A DNA stretch of 64,000 bases, from assembly GCA_905479015.1 (NCBI GenBank), contig CAJQKV010000009.1, forward strand, positions 7,187 through 71,186. Reading direction: 5' to 3'. The notes under the pieces are model-generated. The model had not been told where the DNA came from and made no database searches. It saw nothing but the letters and a program-made list of their open reading frames with translations. Of this stretch, positions 49,695-60,090 are shown piece after piece. The DNA comes from an uncultured Cyclobacteriaceae bacterium. GTDB taxonomy: Bacteria > Bacteroidota > Bacteroidia > Cytophagales > Cyclobacteriaceae. Both the position numbers and the translations under genes were made by a program. Position 1 is the stretch's first letter. Every line of letters starts with the position of its first letter.

Positions 49695-50903
49695 TTATCC
49701 TGCTTGAAGGTTTAATTTCTTTACCCAGAAGAACAGTAGGGTAAACAGCACAATTAATGTCGCAGGAAGCACGACCATGGTTCCTAAGGTAGCTTGACCA
49801 GCCACCAATTCTAATTCATCGCCTGTCAATCCCAATGCAGCCGTAGCTGTTTTATCCGAATCAATCCATTTTCCTATAATGGGCTGGAAAATTGAAGTAG
49901 AGAACATACCCACTGCACCTATGATAGACATGCCAAGGGCACCACTTTTTGGTATTTTATCCGCTATAAACCCGATCATGTTGGGCCAAAAATAGGCCAC
50001 ACCTAAAGCGAAAAAAATAGCCGCAACATAGGCCATGGCTCCTGTTTGGGTACTGAAAAGATATACCCCAATGGTCGCTAAAACAGCAGAACCTAAAAGC
50101 ACACCCGTTTGGTCAAACCTATGGACAATCTCTCCTCCAAAAAATCGAGCCACCGCCATCAAGCCTGTCACTAATGCTAAAATAATCATAGGTTGCGCCC
50201 CGCTTTTAGCTAGAATCAAGCCGACCCATTGTTGGGGACCAAATTCTGTGATCGCTGTCAATGCCATACACACCATCATAAAAATAAACAAAGGACTAAG
50301 CATGGCACTGAAATTGCCAGATAGCGTTGCCGCCTCCTTGACTTTCGCCTTCGGCCAGGACTGACCAAAGAAGAGATAAGCATAGATCAGGGTAGGAATC
50401 ATTATTGCCCATATCTGCATTTGCCAACTGAGTTCCATTCCAGTCATAAATTGTGATAAAAGACTCCCTATCACAATACCTCCAGGAAACCACATATGAA
50501 AACGATTCATCATTTTACTCATCAAACTACCTTCATAAACATCTGCAATCATCGGATTACAAGCCGCTTCAGTACATCCATTACCCAAGCCTATCAATAG
50601 GGTAGAAATAAGCAAACCCATATAACTTCCAGAATAAATGGTCAGTAAAATACCCAATCCATGCGCAAAAACTGCGAATTGCATAATCCTGGCACCACCC
50701 ACCTTATGATATATTAAGCCTCCAATGACCATAGATATGGGAAATCCTAGAAACCACATTGAATTGATATACCCTAACTCTTCCGCTGTTAAGTTTAATT
50801 CTTGTCCCAACTGGGGAAGGATTCCTGCTCGAATACTAAAGGAAAGCGCTGTTGTGATTAGGGCAAAACAGCTCCCGTAGAATAATCTGTTTTTTTTGTT
50901 CAT
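49695..50903 (-). CDS. MFS transporter (possibly a fucose/glucose/galactose-type sugar permease)
   Basis: 402 aa with ~12 predicted TM segments. The N-terminal region resembles FHS-type sugar permeases. Substrate not determinable. Confidence 0.7.
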   Translation of the reverse strand: MNKKNRLFYGSCFALITTALSFSIRAGILPQLGQELNLTAEELGYINSMWFLGFPISMVIGGLIYHKVGGARIMQFAVFAHGLGILLTIYSGSYMGLLISTLLIGLGNGCTEAACNPMIADVYEGSLMSKMMNRFHMWFPGGIVIGSLLSQFMTGMELSWQMQIWAIMIPTLIYAYLFFGQSWPKAKVKEAATLSGNFSAMLSPLFIFMMVCMALTAITEFGPQQWVGLILAKSGAQPMIILALVTGLMAVARFFGGEIVHRFDQTGVLLGSAVLATIGVYLFSTQTGAMAYVAAIFFALGVAYFWPNMIGFIADKIPKSGALGMSIIGAVGMFSTSIFQPIIGKWIDSDKTATAALGLTGDELELVAGQATLGTMVVLPATLIVLFTLLFFWVKKLNLQAG

Positions 50904-50981
50904 GTCAGTTTTATTGAATTTTTAATTAATTATAGCGATATTAAAGGTAATTAATAGTGCTATTGAAGAATTAATTGCAAT

Positions 50982-50989
50982 CAAATATA
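50982..50989 (-). promoter_or_regulatory. Candidate -7 box for the MFS gene
   Basis: The minus strand reads TATATTTG, 79 nt upstream of the ATG at 50903. Confidence 0.3.
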
Positions 50990-51039
50990 AATTTTTAAAT
51001 ATTTCCTCTAAAATATTTTTAAAAAAAAATAGGAACCTT

Positions 51040-53583
51040 GTGAAAACAATCCATTTAATCTTATCCCTTATCATTTTTTGTTCTTGTCAAGATCCATACA
51101 ATAACCTTACCCATATCGAAGTCCCTGAAGGATTCAAAATAGAAAAACTACTTGCCCCTAGTGCGGATAGCCTGGGATCCTGGGTATCTCTAGCACACGT
51201 AAAAGAAGATTTATTTGTTTCCTCAGATCAATATGGTAAAATATATTGGTTGAACATGCCAGAAATAGGGAGCAAAGACTCTATACAAGTGACTCCACTT
51301 GATTTCAAGCAATTGGGTAAAGCCCAAGGATTGCTCTGGTCTCACAACAGTCTATATGTCATGATGAATGATCGCAATATTCAAAACAGCGGCTTATACA
51401 GATTGTTTGATAGCAGCCAAGATGGTCAACTCGATTCGGCACTTTTTTTACAGCAATTAGATGGATGGGGCGAACATGGGCCTCACGGAATACAACTCGG
51501 TCCTGATAATTTGATTTATGTAATTGCGGGTAATCACACCAATTTACCAGACAGTTATACTTCTAGAGCATACAGCCCCTGGGCTGAGGATAGATTAACA
51601 AAGTCTATGAAGGATCCCAACGGTCACGCTACCGATCGTCAAGCGCCAGGAGGATGGATTGCAAGAACAGATAGTTTAGGCAGCTTTTGGGAAATCTATT
51701 CCTCGGGTTATCGCAATGCCTATGACATCACCTTCAATGAAGTGGGCGAATTATTCACTTTTGATTCTGATATGGAATGGGATCTAGGTCTACCCTGGTA
51801 CCGTCCTGTTCGTGTATGCCATGTAACGTCAGGTTCAGAATTTGGATGGAGAACGGGCTCAGCCAAATGGCCAAAATATTATCCAGATAATTTGCCTGGT
51901 ATACTAGAAGTCGGACAAGGAAGTCCGACAGGAGTAGTCTCTGCAGCAGCAAGTCATTTTCCTCCTCCATTCAATAAGGGTTTATTCGTTTGCGACTGGA
52001 GTTTCGGAACCATGTATCACATCGAATTACAATCATCAGGAGCCAGCTATACAGCCACGTCATCAGAATTTCTTAATGGCGTTCCCCTTCCACTTACTGA
52101 TTTAACCTTTGGAGCTGATGGAGCGATGTATTTTACCACTGGGGGCCGAAGGCTAGCCTCTGGACTTTATCGAGTTTGGTCAGATAAAAATAATCAAAAA
52201 GAAGAAGAAGAAACGCCAACAAAAGCACTTGAATTAAGAAGATTACTGGATACCTATCACGATACCCTTTTGATGGCTGATTATGATTTAATTTGGGAAA
52301 ATATCGGAAATAATGACCGCTATATTACCCACAGTGCTAGAATTGCCTTGGAGAATCATGGCATAGAAATATGGGCATCACGCATACACTCAGATACTGA
52401 ATTTAATAAGAAAGTAGCGTATGCCTTGGCCGTTGCGAGATCCGATAACAATCTACTACAGCAGCAGCTTTTTGACCTGCTCAGTAAAGTCGAATCCAAA
52501 CAGCTCACTCACTCAGAACAGCTGAGCATTCTCAGAGCTGAAGCACTGTTAATGATCCGAAATAATGATCTCAATACAGATGCTTTAGAAAACCAATGGT
52601 TACCTATTTTTCCATCAAAAAATCAATTTATCAATGAAGAATTAGCGGCACTCTTTAGTAAAACCCAACATTCAATTTGGGTTAAGAAAATAATGACCCT
52701 CTGGTCCGAAATAGATGAAGAGCATTTAAAAATACTTATTTCAGACAGTCTTGCAGAAAGAAGTGAGATGTACGGCCCCGCGGTCAAAGCCATGCGAAGT
52801 AGGACGCCCAGCAGTTATAAAATAGCCCTCACATCGGCACTTTCTCATTACAAATTTGGATGGAATACCGATTTACGCAACGAATACTTCAACGGGTTCA
52901 ATGAATTCTGGGATCGCGAAGGTGGCAACAGTTACCGTGGATATTTACTAAAAATACTCTCCACTGCACTTGACCATTTACCAAAAGGCGAACGACCAAA
53001 ATTTGAAAAAATGTCGGGTTATCATGTAGGCCAATATGGCCAAAATATTTTAGCTAACCTTCCTGTACCCAAAGGGCCCGGAAAAAATTGGAAAGTAGAA
53101 GAAGTTGAAGATGTAATGAAAAATAAAAAAATCATTCCAAATTACATCAACGGACAGCATATGTTTGAGGCCGCATTATGTCAAGCTTGTCACCGCATTC
53201 AAAACAAGGGAAATAACATTGGCCCAGATCTGACCCAATTGGCATCAAGATTTACGGTCAAAGACATGGCCCATGCCATCATCAATCCGGATGCGGAAAT
53301 ATCAGATCAATATATGATTAGTGAAATTCATCTAAATAACGGCGATCGTTGGTTCGCCAAAATAATAGAAGAAACGAGCGATTCTCTATTTGTCATGCTA
53401 AACCCTTTGACCCCTGAAAAGGTAACCAAAATTCATCTTTCCTCAATAAAAGAAAAAAAACGCACCCTGCAGTCACAAATGTTTCCTGCGTTATTAAACC
53501 GCCTCAATGAGCAAGAAGTTGTAGATTTAATGACGTATCTATTGGCGGGAGGTCAAGATGATATTTCCTTATATCCCCAATAA
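51040..53583 (+). CDS. PVC-type heme-binding CxxCH protein (beta-propeller dehydrogenase-like N-domain, helical-repeat middle, C-terminal cytochrome c domain)
   Basis: 847 aa with a GTG start and a lipoprotein-like signal 'LIIFCSC'. Single heme motif 'CQACH', followed by 'GPDLTQL' near the C-terminus. The architecture is typical of the uncharacterised 'membrane-bound dehydrogenase domain' family. Confidence 0.75.
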   Translation: MKTIHLILSLIIFCSCQDPYNNLTHIEVPEGFKIEKLLAPSADSLGSWVSLAHVKEDLFVSSDQYGKIYWLNMPEIGSKDSIQVTPLDFKQLGKAQGLLWSHNSLYVMMNDRNIQNSGLYRLFDSSQDGQLDSALFLQQLDGWGEHGPHGIQLGPDNLIYVIAGNHTNLPDSYTSRAYSPWAEDRLTKSMKDPNGHATDRQAPGGWIARTDSLGSFWEIYSSGYRNAYDITFNEVGELFTFDSDMEWDLGLPWYRPVRVCHVTSGSEFGWRTGSAKWPKYYPDNLPGILEVGQGSPTGVVSAAASHFPPPFNKGLFVCDWSFGTMYHIELQSSGASYTATSSEFLNGVPLPLTDLTFGADGAMYFTTGGRRLASGLYRVWSDKNNQKEEEETPTKALELRRLLDTYHDTLLMADYDLIWENIGNNDRYITHSARIALENHGIEIWASRIHSDTEFNKKVAYALAVARSDNNLLQQQLFDLLSKVESKQLTHSEQLSILRAEALLMIRNNDLNTDALENQWLPIFPSKNQFINEELAALFSKTQHSIWVKKIMTLWSEIDEEHLKILISDSLAERSEMYGPAVKAMRSRTPSSYKIALTSALSHYKFGWNTDLRNEYFNGFNEFWDREGGNSYRGYLLKILSTALDHLPKGERPKFEKMSGYHVGQYGQNILANLPVPKGPGKNWKVEEVEDVMKNKKIIPNYINGQHMFEAALCQACHRIQNKGNNIGPDLTQLASRFTVKDMAHAIINPDAEISDQYMISEIHLNNGDRWFAKIIEETSDSLFVMLNPLTPEKVTKIHLSSIKEKKRTLQSQMFPALLNRLNEQEVVDLMTYLLAGGQDDISLYPQ

Positions 53584-53654
53584 ACTAGATTTAAAATATG
53601 AAATTAACCCTTAGGCAGCACGAATTTTGATGAAAATAGCGCTCTTCTGATCGG

Positions 53655-55190
53655 ATGAAAAATTCATTCTTACCCCTCATATTATTACTGATTTCAACCT
53701 TATTTCAGTGTCGTTCAGTCGAAGAAAATTCGACTGAACCTAATATTATCTATATCCTTGCCGACGATTTAGGATATGGAGAACTGGGGATATATGGCCA
53801 AAAAATTATCCGAACACCCCATATTGATGCACTTGCACGTGATGGTATGAGGTTTACTCAACATTACAGTGGCTCACCAGTTTGTGCGCCCAGTAGATAC
53901 ATGCTACTCACAGGACTGCATTCAGGACATGCATACATTAGAGGAAACGATGAATGGGCTGAGCGGGGGGATGTTTGGAATTATGCCGCAGCCGTTGCTG
54001 ATGCCTCATTGGAGGGCCAAAGACCCATTCCAGATACTACTTTTACTTTAGCGAACATGTTACAAGAAAGTGGATACATCACAGCCTTGGTGGGTAAATG
54101 GGGCTTGGGTGCTCCCGGAACCGGTGGTACCCCAAACAAGCAGGGGTTTGACTATTTTTATGGATATAATTGCCAAAGACAAGCGCACAATTTATATCCC
54201 AAACATTTATGGGAAAATGAACAAAAAATAGCGCTGAATAACGAACTAATTTCTCCGGGCATGGCATTAGATTCTTTAGCTGATCCCAATGATTCCAAAT
54301 CCTATAGTGCTTTTGAGCAAAGTGAGTATGCACCTTCCTTGATGCATGAACGGGCTCTTAATTTCATTAAGAAAAATAAAGAAAATCAATTTTTTCTCTA
54401 CTATGCATCACCCCTACCTCACTTGCCGTTACAAATACCAAAAAAATATCAAACCAAATATCATGAGGTCATAGGAGCCGAATTACCCTACACAGGAGGC
54501 AAAAGTTACTTTCCCAACCAATATCCAAGAGCCACCTACGCTGCTATGATCAATTTACTCGATCAACAAGTGGGTGAGCTCGTCGATCAACTTAAAGCCC
54601 TCGGATTGTATGACAATACCTTAATTATTTTCACAAGTGACAATGGTCCCACCTATGACGTTGGTGGCGTAGATCCACATTATTTCAATAGTGCTGGCCC
54701 TTTTAATACGGGAAGAGGTTGGGGAAAAGGATTTACACACGAAGGGGGCATTCGTGTACCCATGATTGCCACTTGGCCCAATCGAATTGCGGCCAATACG
54801 ATGACTCCCCATTTATCTGCCTTCTGGGATGTCTTTCCCACATTAGCGGAAGTAGTGGGATATAAGGATACTGAACAACGCGATGGAATTAGTTTTCTAC
54901 CCACACTTCATGGAACAAAACAATCAGAACATGACTATCTCTATTGGGAGTTTCCAGCCTACGGTGGGCAACAAGCGGTGCGCAAAAAACAGTGGAAAGC
55001 CATTCGAAAAGATCTGCACAAAGGAAATGTAACCACAGCCCTCTATGATTTGAGTAAAGACCCGCGTGAAGAAACCGATATAAGTGATCAATACCCCGAG
55101 CAGGTAGCTGAGATGGAAGCGATCATGCGTGAAGCGCACCATGATCCCACTATCGGTAAATTTGATTTAAATATTCTGGGCGATAAGTAA
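53655..55190 (+). CDS. Formylglycine-dependent sulfatase (arylsulfatase A family)
   Basis: 511 aa with a signal peptide. Contains 'YILADDLGYGELG' and the CxPxR motif 'PVCAPSRYMLLTG'. Confidence 0.92.
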   Translation: MKNSFLPLILLLISTLFQCRSVEENSTEPNIIYILADDLGYGELGIYGQKIIRTPHIDALARDGMRFTQHYSGSPVCAPSRYMLLTGLHSGHAYIRGNDEWAERGDVWNYAAAVADASLEGQRPIPDTTFTLANMLQESGYITALVGKWGLGAPGTGGTPNKQGFDYFYGYNCQRQAHNLYPKHLWENEQKIALNNELISPGMALDSLADPNDSKSYSAFEQSEYAPSLMHERALNFIKKNKENQFFLYYASPLPHLPLQIPKKYQTKYHEVIGAELPYTGGKSYFPNQYPRATYAAMINLLDQQVGELVDQLKALGLYDNTLIIFTSDNGPTYDVGGVDPHYFNSAGPFNTGRGWGKGFTHEGGIRVPMIATWPNRIAANTMTPHLSAFWDVFPTLAEVVGYKDTEQRDGISFLPTLHGTKQSEHDYLYWEFPAYGGQQAVRKKQWKAIRKDLHKGNVTTALYDLSKDPREETDISDQYPEQVAEMEAIMREAHHDPTIGKFDLNILGDK

Positions 55191-55212
55191 ATATATCGTT
55201 GGATTTTTATCT

Positions 55213-55220
55213 TATATTTG
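55213..55220 (+). promoter_or_regulatory. Candidate -7 box upstream of the M16 peptidase gene
   Basis: TATATTTG on the plus strand, ~107 nt upstream of the ATG at 55328. Confidence 0.3.
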
Positions 55221-55327
55221 AACTTTTTTGGATAAATAAAGGAATTTTCCTAATGCTGGAAGGGACATTCTTAGAACCACAACTAACTACCCTACATTAT
55301 ATCATCTAAATTAACTCAAATAAACAA

Positions 55328-58171
55328 ATGAGAAATTTCTTATTAACAACAGTATTTCAAATAATTGTGATTTCGTTAGGCTACGGGCAGACCAAACTTA
55401 TTGAGAAAATCAATAAAACCGACACTGACATTATCATTCCTTATGAAAAGTATGAATTGTCCAATGGTTTGACCTTAATCCTCCATGAGGATCATTCCGA
55501 TCCCTTGATACATGTAGATGTCACCTATCATGTCGGATCAGCAAGAGAAGAAATTAAAAAATCAGGATTCGCCCATTTTTTTGAACACATGATGTTTCAA
55601 GGATCTGACAATGTCGCCGACGAAGCACATTTTAAAATTGTGACAGAATCTGGGGGTACTTTAAACGGTTCAACCAACCGAGATCGTACCAATTATTATC
55701 AAACGATTCCAAGTAATCAACTGGAGTCTATGCTTTGGTTGGAAGCGGATCGCATGGGGTTTTTCCTAGATGCCGTCACCCAAGAAAAATTTGAAATCCA
55801 ACGTGCAACCGTTAAAAACGAAAAAGGACAAAATTATTTAAATCGTCCTTATGGTATGTGGAATGAAAAAACCATTGCCGCCCTTTATCCGTACGGGCAC
55901 CCCTACTCTTGGAGTACCATTGGCTACCTTGAAGATCTTGATAGGGCTTCTTTAAATGATTTAAAGAATTTTTTTCTCCGTTGGTATGGACCTAATAATG
56001 CAGCCATAACCATTGGTGGTGACATTAACCCAAAAGAAGTCCTCGCAATGGTAGAAAAATATTTCGGTACTATACCCGCTGGACCGGTAGTAGAAAAAAT
56101 GAAGTTGCCCTTACCAGAGATTAATTCAGATCGATACATCTCACATATCGATAATAACATTCGTTTCCCAGCACTGATGATGACTTACCCTACCGTCCCA
56201 CGTATGCATCCAGATGAGGCTGCACTGGATGGCCTTGCCGACATACTAGGTATCGGTCAAAGCTCTTACTTATTCAAAAAATTTGTGGAATCACAAAAAG
56301 CGATTCAAGCTTCTGCTTCACACCCTGCTGCTGAACATGCTGGAGAATTCTCTCTGATCGTTCTTCCTTACCCTGGACAAACACTAGCTGAATTTGAAGT
56401 AGAAATACGCAATACACTTGACGAATTTGAAGCAGTAGGAGTGAATGAAATCGATTTAATCAAATTCAAAGCAGGTCGTGAATCGGATGTCATCAATGGC
56501 TTGGCAAGCGTAAGCGGAAAAGTATCACAATTGGCCAACTATCAATTCATGTTTGGAAATCCAAATTTGATCCATCAAGACTTACAAAGATATCTCGACA
56601 TTACAGCAGCAGACGTAATGCGAGTTTTCAATATATACATTAAAGAAAAATCCAGTGTCATTATGAGTTACTTGCCAGGCGAAGAAGTACTACCGGCCAA
56701 GGCCGATAATTTCTTCAACGGCGTGGATACTCTAAATAGCACCGAAAAAGTAGATTATGGCAACTTAACCTATCAAAAAGCCGAAGATCTTTTTGATAGG
56801 AGTATTCAACCTGCTGCTGGTCCTCGACCAACTTTGAAGATACCAGAATACTGGGAGGCCTCATTTGAAAATGGTTTGAAAATCATTGGTACTGCAAATA
56901 ATGAGATTCCCACGACTTCTCTATCATTAACCCTCAACGGCGGTCACAGACTAGATGCATATGACCCCTCAAAAAGCGGGTTGGCATCCCTGACTGCTGG
57001 AATGCTGAATGAGTCCACTGAAAAATATTCTTCTGAGGATATTCAAGAAGAGTTGCGCAAATTAGGAAGTAGCATTTATGTCAGTTCAGATGATGACGGT
57101 ACTTATATGAGTATCAACACCCTCAATAAATACATTGATGAAACCCTACAATTGGCGGAAGAAATATTACTCCATCCCGCATTCAAACAAAAAGATTTTG
57201 ATCGCATTTACAAGCAACAATTAGAGAGCATCAAAGCAGGTCAGGAGGATCCTTCGAGTATTGCAGATGATATTTATTATCAGTTGATCTATGGGGAAAA
57301 TCACATCTATTCTATCCCCTCATATGGATCCGAGGAAACCATCGCCAACATAAAATTAGATGATGTTATTAATTTCTACAATAATTATTATTCTCCTAAT
57401 CTCTCAGAGTTAGTGATCGTAGGTGCTATAAACAATCAAAATTTAATAGATTTAGTGGAGAAACTCAGCTTTCTTCACGATTGGGAAAATAAAAATGTTC
57501 AAATTCCAAAACTACCTAAAACCTCGACTCCAGAGAAATTGAAAATTTATTTTGTAGATAAACCAGAAGCTCCCCAATCTGAAATTAGGGCAGGTTATAT
57601 AACAGACTTGACCTACAGTCCCACGGGAGATTATTTCAAATCATACTTAATGAACTACACCTTAGGGGGTGCGTTCAATAGTAGAATTAATCTTAATCTA
57701 AGAGAAGACAAAGGATGGACCTATGGTGCAAGAAGTTATTTTTCAGGCTCTGATGAACCTGGATCATTTTCTGTCTATTCAGGTGTTTTGGCGGCTGCAA
57801 CGGATAGTGCCATTTATGAAATTATTCAAGAAATTGAAGGTTATCGCGAAAAAGGCATCACAGATGATGAGCTTCAATTTATGAAAAATTCAATCGGACA
57901 AAGAGAAGTTCTGGATTATGAAACGCCTTGGCAAAAATCATCTTTTTTAAGGCGTATCATTCATTACGACCTCGGCAACTCTTTTATTGATGATCAAAGT
58001 AAATTAATAGCCAGTATAACTAAAAAAGAGCTCAATGTGCTCGCAAAAAAATACCTAGACCTCAATCAATTTTATATGGTCATCGTAGGTGATGGTGTCG
58101 GAAATTTGACACGTCTTAAAAAATTAGGTTATGAATTGATTGAATTAGACGCTGAAGGGAAGCAAAAATAG
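55328..58171 (+). CDS. M16-family zinc peptidase, fused active + inactive halves (pitrilysin-like)
   Basis: 947 aa with a signal peptide. Inverted zinc motif 'HFFEHMMFQG' (HxxEH) in the N-terminal half and a second M16-like half. Confidence 0.9.
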   Translation: MRNFLLTTVFQIIVISLGYGQTKLIEKINKTDTDIIIPYEKYELSNGLTLILHEDHSDPLIHVDVTYHVGSAREEIKKSGFAHFFEHMMFQGSDNVADEAHFKIVTESGGTLNGSTNRDRTNYYQTIPSNQLESMLWLEADRMGFFLDAVTQEKFEIQRATVKNEKGQNYLNRPYGMWNEKTIAALYPYGHPYSWSTIGYLEDLDRASLNDLKNFFLRWYGPNNAAITIGGDINPKEVLAMVEKYFGTIPAGPVVEKMKLPLPEINSDRYISHIDNNIRFPALMMTYPTVPRMHPDEAALDGLADILGIGQSSYLFKKFVESQKAIQASASHPAAEHAGEFSLIVLPYPGQTLAEFEVEIRNTLDEFEAVGVNEIDLIKFKAGRESDVINGLASVSGKVSQLANYQFMFGNPNLIHQDLQRYLDITAADVMRVFNIYIKEKSSVIMSYLPGEEVLPAKADNFFNGVDTLNSTEKVDYGNLTYQKAEDLFDRSIQPAAGPRPTLKIPEYWEASFENGLKIIGTANNEIPTTSLSLTLNGGHRLDAYDPSKSGLASLTAGMLNESTEKYSSEDIQEELRKLGSSIYVSSDDDGTYMSINTLNKYIDETLQLAEEILLHPAFKQKDFDRIYKQQLESIKAGQEDPSSIADDIYYQLIYGENHIYSIPSYGSEETIANIKLDDVINFYNNYYSPNLSELVIVGAINNQNLIDLVEKLSFLHDWENKNVQIPKLPKTSTPEKLKIYFVDKPEAPQSEIRAGYITDLTYSPTGDYFKSYLMNYTLGGAFNSRINLNLREDKGWTYGARSYFSGSDEPGSFSVYSGVLAAATDSAIYEIIQEIEGYREKGITDDELQFMKNSIGQREVLDYETPWQKSSFLRRIIHYDLGNSFIDDQSKLIASITKKELNVLAKKYLDLNQFYMVIVGDGVGNLTRLKKLGYELIELDAEGKQK

Positions 58172-58185
58172 TGAAACTAAAAAAT

Positions 58186-58201
58186 ATTGAGCTTTCTCAA
58201 T
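58186..58201. terminator. Short hairpin between the convergent M16 and GT2 genes
   Basis: ATTGAG-cttt-CTCAAT: a 6-bp stem with a 4-nt loop. Weak, with no strong U-tract. Confidence 0.3.
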
Positions 58202-58238
58202 GTCTCACATTTCAATGCAGTAATGAATAACCAGTCAA

Positions 58239-59165
58239 TCATTTTCTTAGTAACTCATAATTCTTACGGCTGAATGCTTTTTCACCAAAAAGGAATAACT
58301 CTATTTGGGTGATGATCCTGTTTTTTAAAAAATCATGACGATGAATGGGTTGCGTTGTCCTGTATTTTTTTGTGTAATTAAGTTCATCAGCCCAATCAAA
58401 CTTAGCTATCCAATCCTTCATGACGGCAGGATGTGTGTCGTTAAACAAAGATAACCTTCCCAAAGGACCATAATCGAAGGATACTTTTTGATTCCCTTGA
58501 TTGCGATAATAATGATTTGCATGTTGCTGTTTTTTACGCATAAAATGGGGAGGACGTACCCAACCATAATGATATATTTCAGCATCTGCTTTCACTACAT
58601 GCAACCTAAAAGTATCTGCTCTCTTTCTGTACGAGAAACCATCAAAGTCAGGAATTCTTCGAAAAGTCTGAGCATCTCCCCATGAATAAATATCTGATTG
58701 ATTTCTGATGATTCGTGTTTCAAATGGATACCAACATCTCGAGGAATGATAGTGCTTATAATCACCCCAAAAATGCTTATAACCGAAGAGAATCCCTTCC
58801 ACCTCAGAACGCTCATATTGTTGCTCACATGTGGCTTTTATTTTATCTAAATACCTCTCATGGACAACCTCATCTCCTTGCAAATAAAATAACCAATCTC
58901 CAGTACATGCATTTTTGGCCAAATTAGTTTGATGGGCATAAATGGTACCGCCAGGAAATTTTTCTAGATCCCAAACAGTTTTAATGATTTTAATTTTAGC
59001 ATTATTTAGCGCCCTTATTTGAAACTCAGTGTTATCATCTGCCTCACTGTCCCCGAGCACGACAACGAATTCATCTACTAAATCAATGATAGATAGGATC
59101 GACTCGATGATAGGATAATATAATTTATTTCCGTTTTTACTGAAAGTAAAGCCACTGATTTTCAT
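58239..59165 (-). CDS. Family-2-like glycosyltransferase
   Basis: 308 aa. The N-terminal 'ISGFTFSKNG...YPIIESILSI...VVVLGDSEDDNT'-type GT-A fold start and an acidic 'LQGDEV' (DxD-like) motif. Last gene of the PadR-headed cassette. Confidence 0.7.
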   Translation of the reverse strand: MKISGFTFSKNGNKLYYPIIESILSIIDLVDEFVVVLGDSEADDNTEFQIRALNNAKIKIIKTVWDLEKFPGGTIYAHQTNLAKNACTGDWLFYLQGDEVVHERYLDKIKATCEQQYERSEVEGILFGYKHFWGDYKHYHSSRCWYPFETRIIRNQSDIYSWGDAQTFRRIPDFDGFSYRKRADTFRLHVVKADAEIYHYGWVRPPHFMRKKQQHANHYYRNQGNQKVSFDYGPLGRLSLFNDTHPAVMKDWIAKFDWADELNYTKKYRTTQPIHRHDFLKNRIITQIELFLFGEKAFSRKNYELLRK

Positions 59166-59192
59166 TCACACAAGGTTTAATTAAGCATTCAT

Positions 59193-60077
59193 CTAATCAC
59201 CATGTTTGCCATCAATTTTGGTATAAAAAAATATTTCTACTAACGTTACCAATAAAATGATAGATCCACCTATATAAATACCCTTCTTTGGTATTTCATC
59301 CAAAAAAAGCATGCCCCATCCAATCCCTAATACAGGAGTAAAGTTGCTCATAATACTTACTGTAGTGACTGAAAAATATTTGAAACTTCTTACAAATAAC
59401 GTATGTCCCACTGCCGTGGTAATCAAACCTAAAGTAATTAAATTTGTCGTATTGTCAAGAAAATATTGATCTTGTTCAAGGGGATAAAAGAATAAAAAAG
59501 GAATAAGAACTATACTTAAAGCCAAAAGTTGATAAGCCATAGACAATGAACCACTAATCACATCAATATGCTTACGTATCCATATATTTCTGATCGCATA
59601 AGACAGAGCTGCTAATAAGCCGAATAAAATACCTACCGTAAGGTCATCGCTCATGTCAAAATTTGGCACCAAAAAATAGATACCTACCAAAGTAATCAAC
59701 GTTAAGGGTAAATGCCGTTTGACCATTCGGTCTTTTAATAAAATCGGTTCAAGAATGGAGGTCATTAAGGGATAGGTGAAAAGAGTAAGCATGCCTATGG
59801 CCACATTAGATAATTTAAGTGCATAAAAATAAGCCAACCAATGGATACCCATCAACAAGGTGGGAAGTATCATTTTAGTTCGATCTGATCTTGATATATG
59901 AAATGAATTATTGAAGATGAAACGTATCAAAAAAAGAGCCATTGCACCTAAAAGGCAACGAGACCAAATAATCAAAACCACAGGTAGGTCAATCTGTTTC
60001 CCTAGTACACCTGAGGTACTCATTACCAAAATAGCAATGGCTAATTCGACTATGTTTAGAGATGAAGTAGATTTCAT
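59193..60077 (-). CDS. EamA/DMT-superfamily permease
   Basis: 294 aa with ~10 TM segments in two similar halves. Confidence 0.8.
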   Translation of the reverse strand: MKSTSSLNIVELAIAILVMSTSGVLGKQIDLPVVLIIWSRCLLGAMALFLIRFIFNNSFHISRSDRTKMILPTLLMGIHWLAYFYALKLSNVAIGMLTLFTYPLMTSILEPILLKDRMVKRHLPLTLITLVGIYFLVPNFDMSDDLTVGILFGLLAALSYAIRNIWIRKHIDVISGSLSMAYQLLALSIVLIPFLFFYPLEQDQYFLDNTTNLITLGLITTAVGHTLFVRSFKYFSVTTVSIMSNFTPVLGIGWGMLFLDEIPKKGIYIGGSIILLVTLVEIFFYTKIDGKHGD

Positions 60078-60090
60078 AAATACATGAAAT

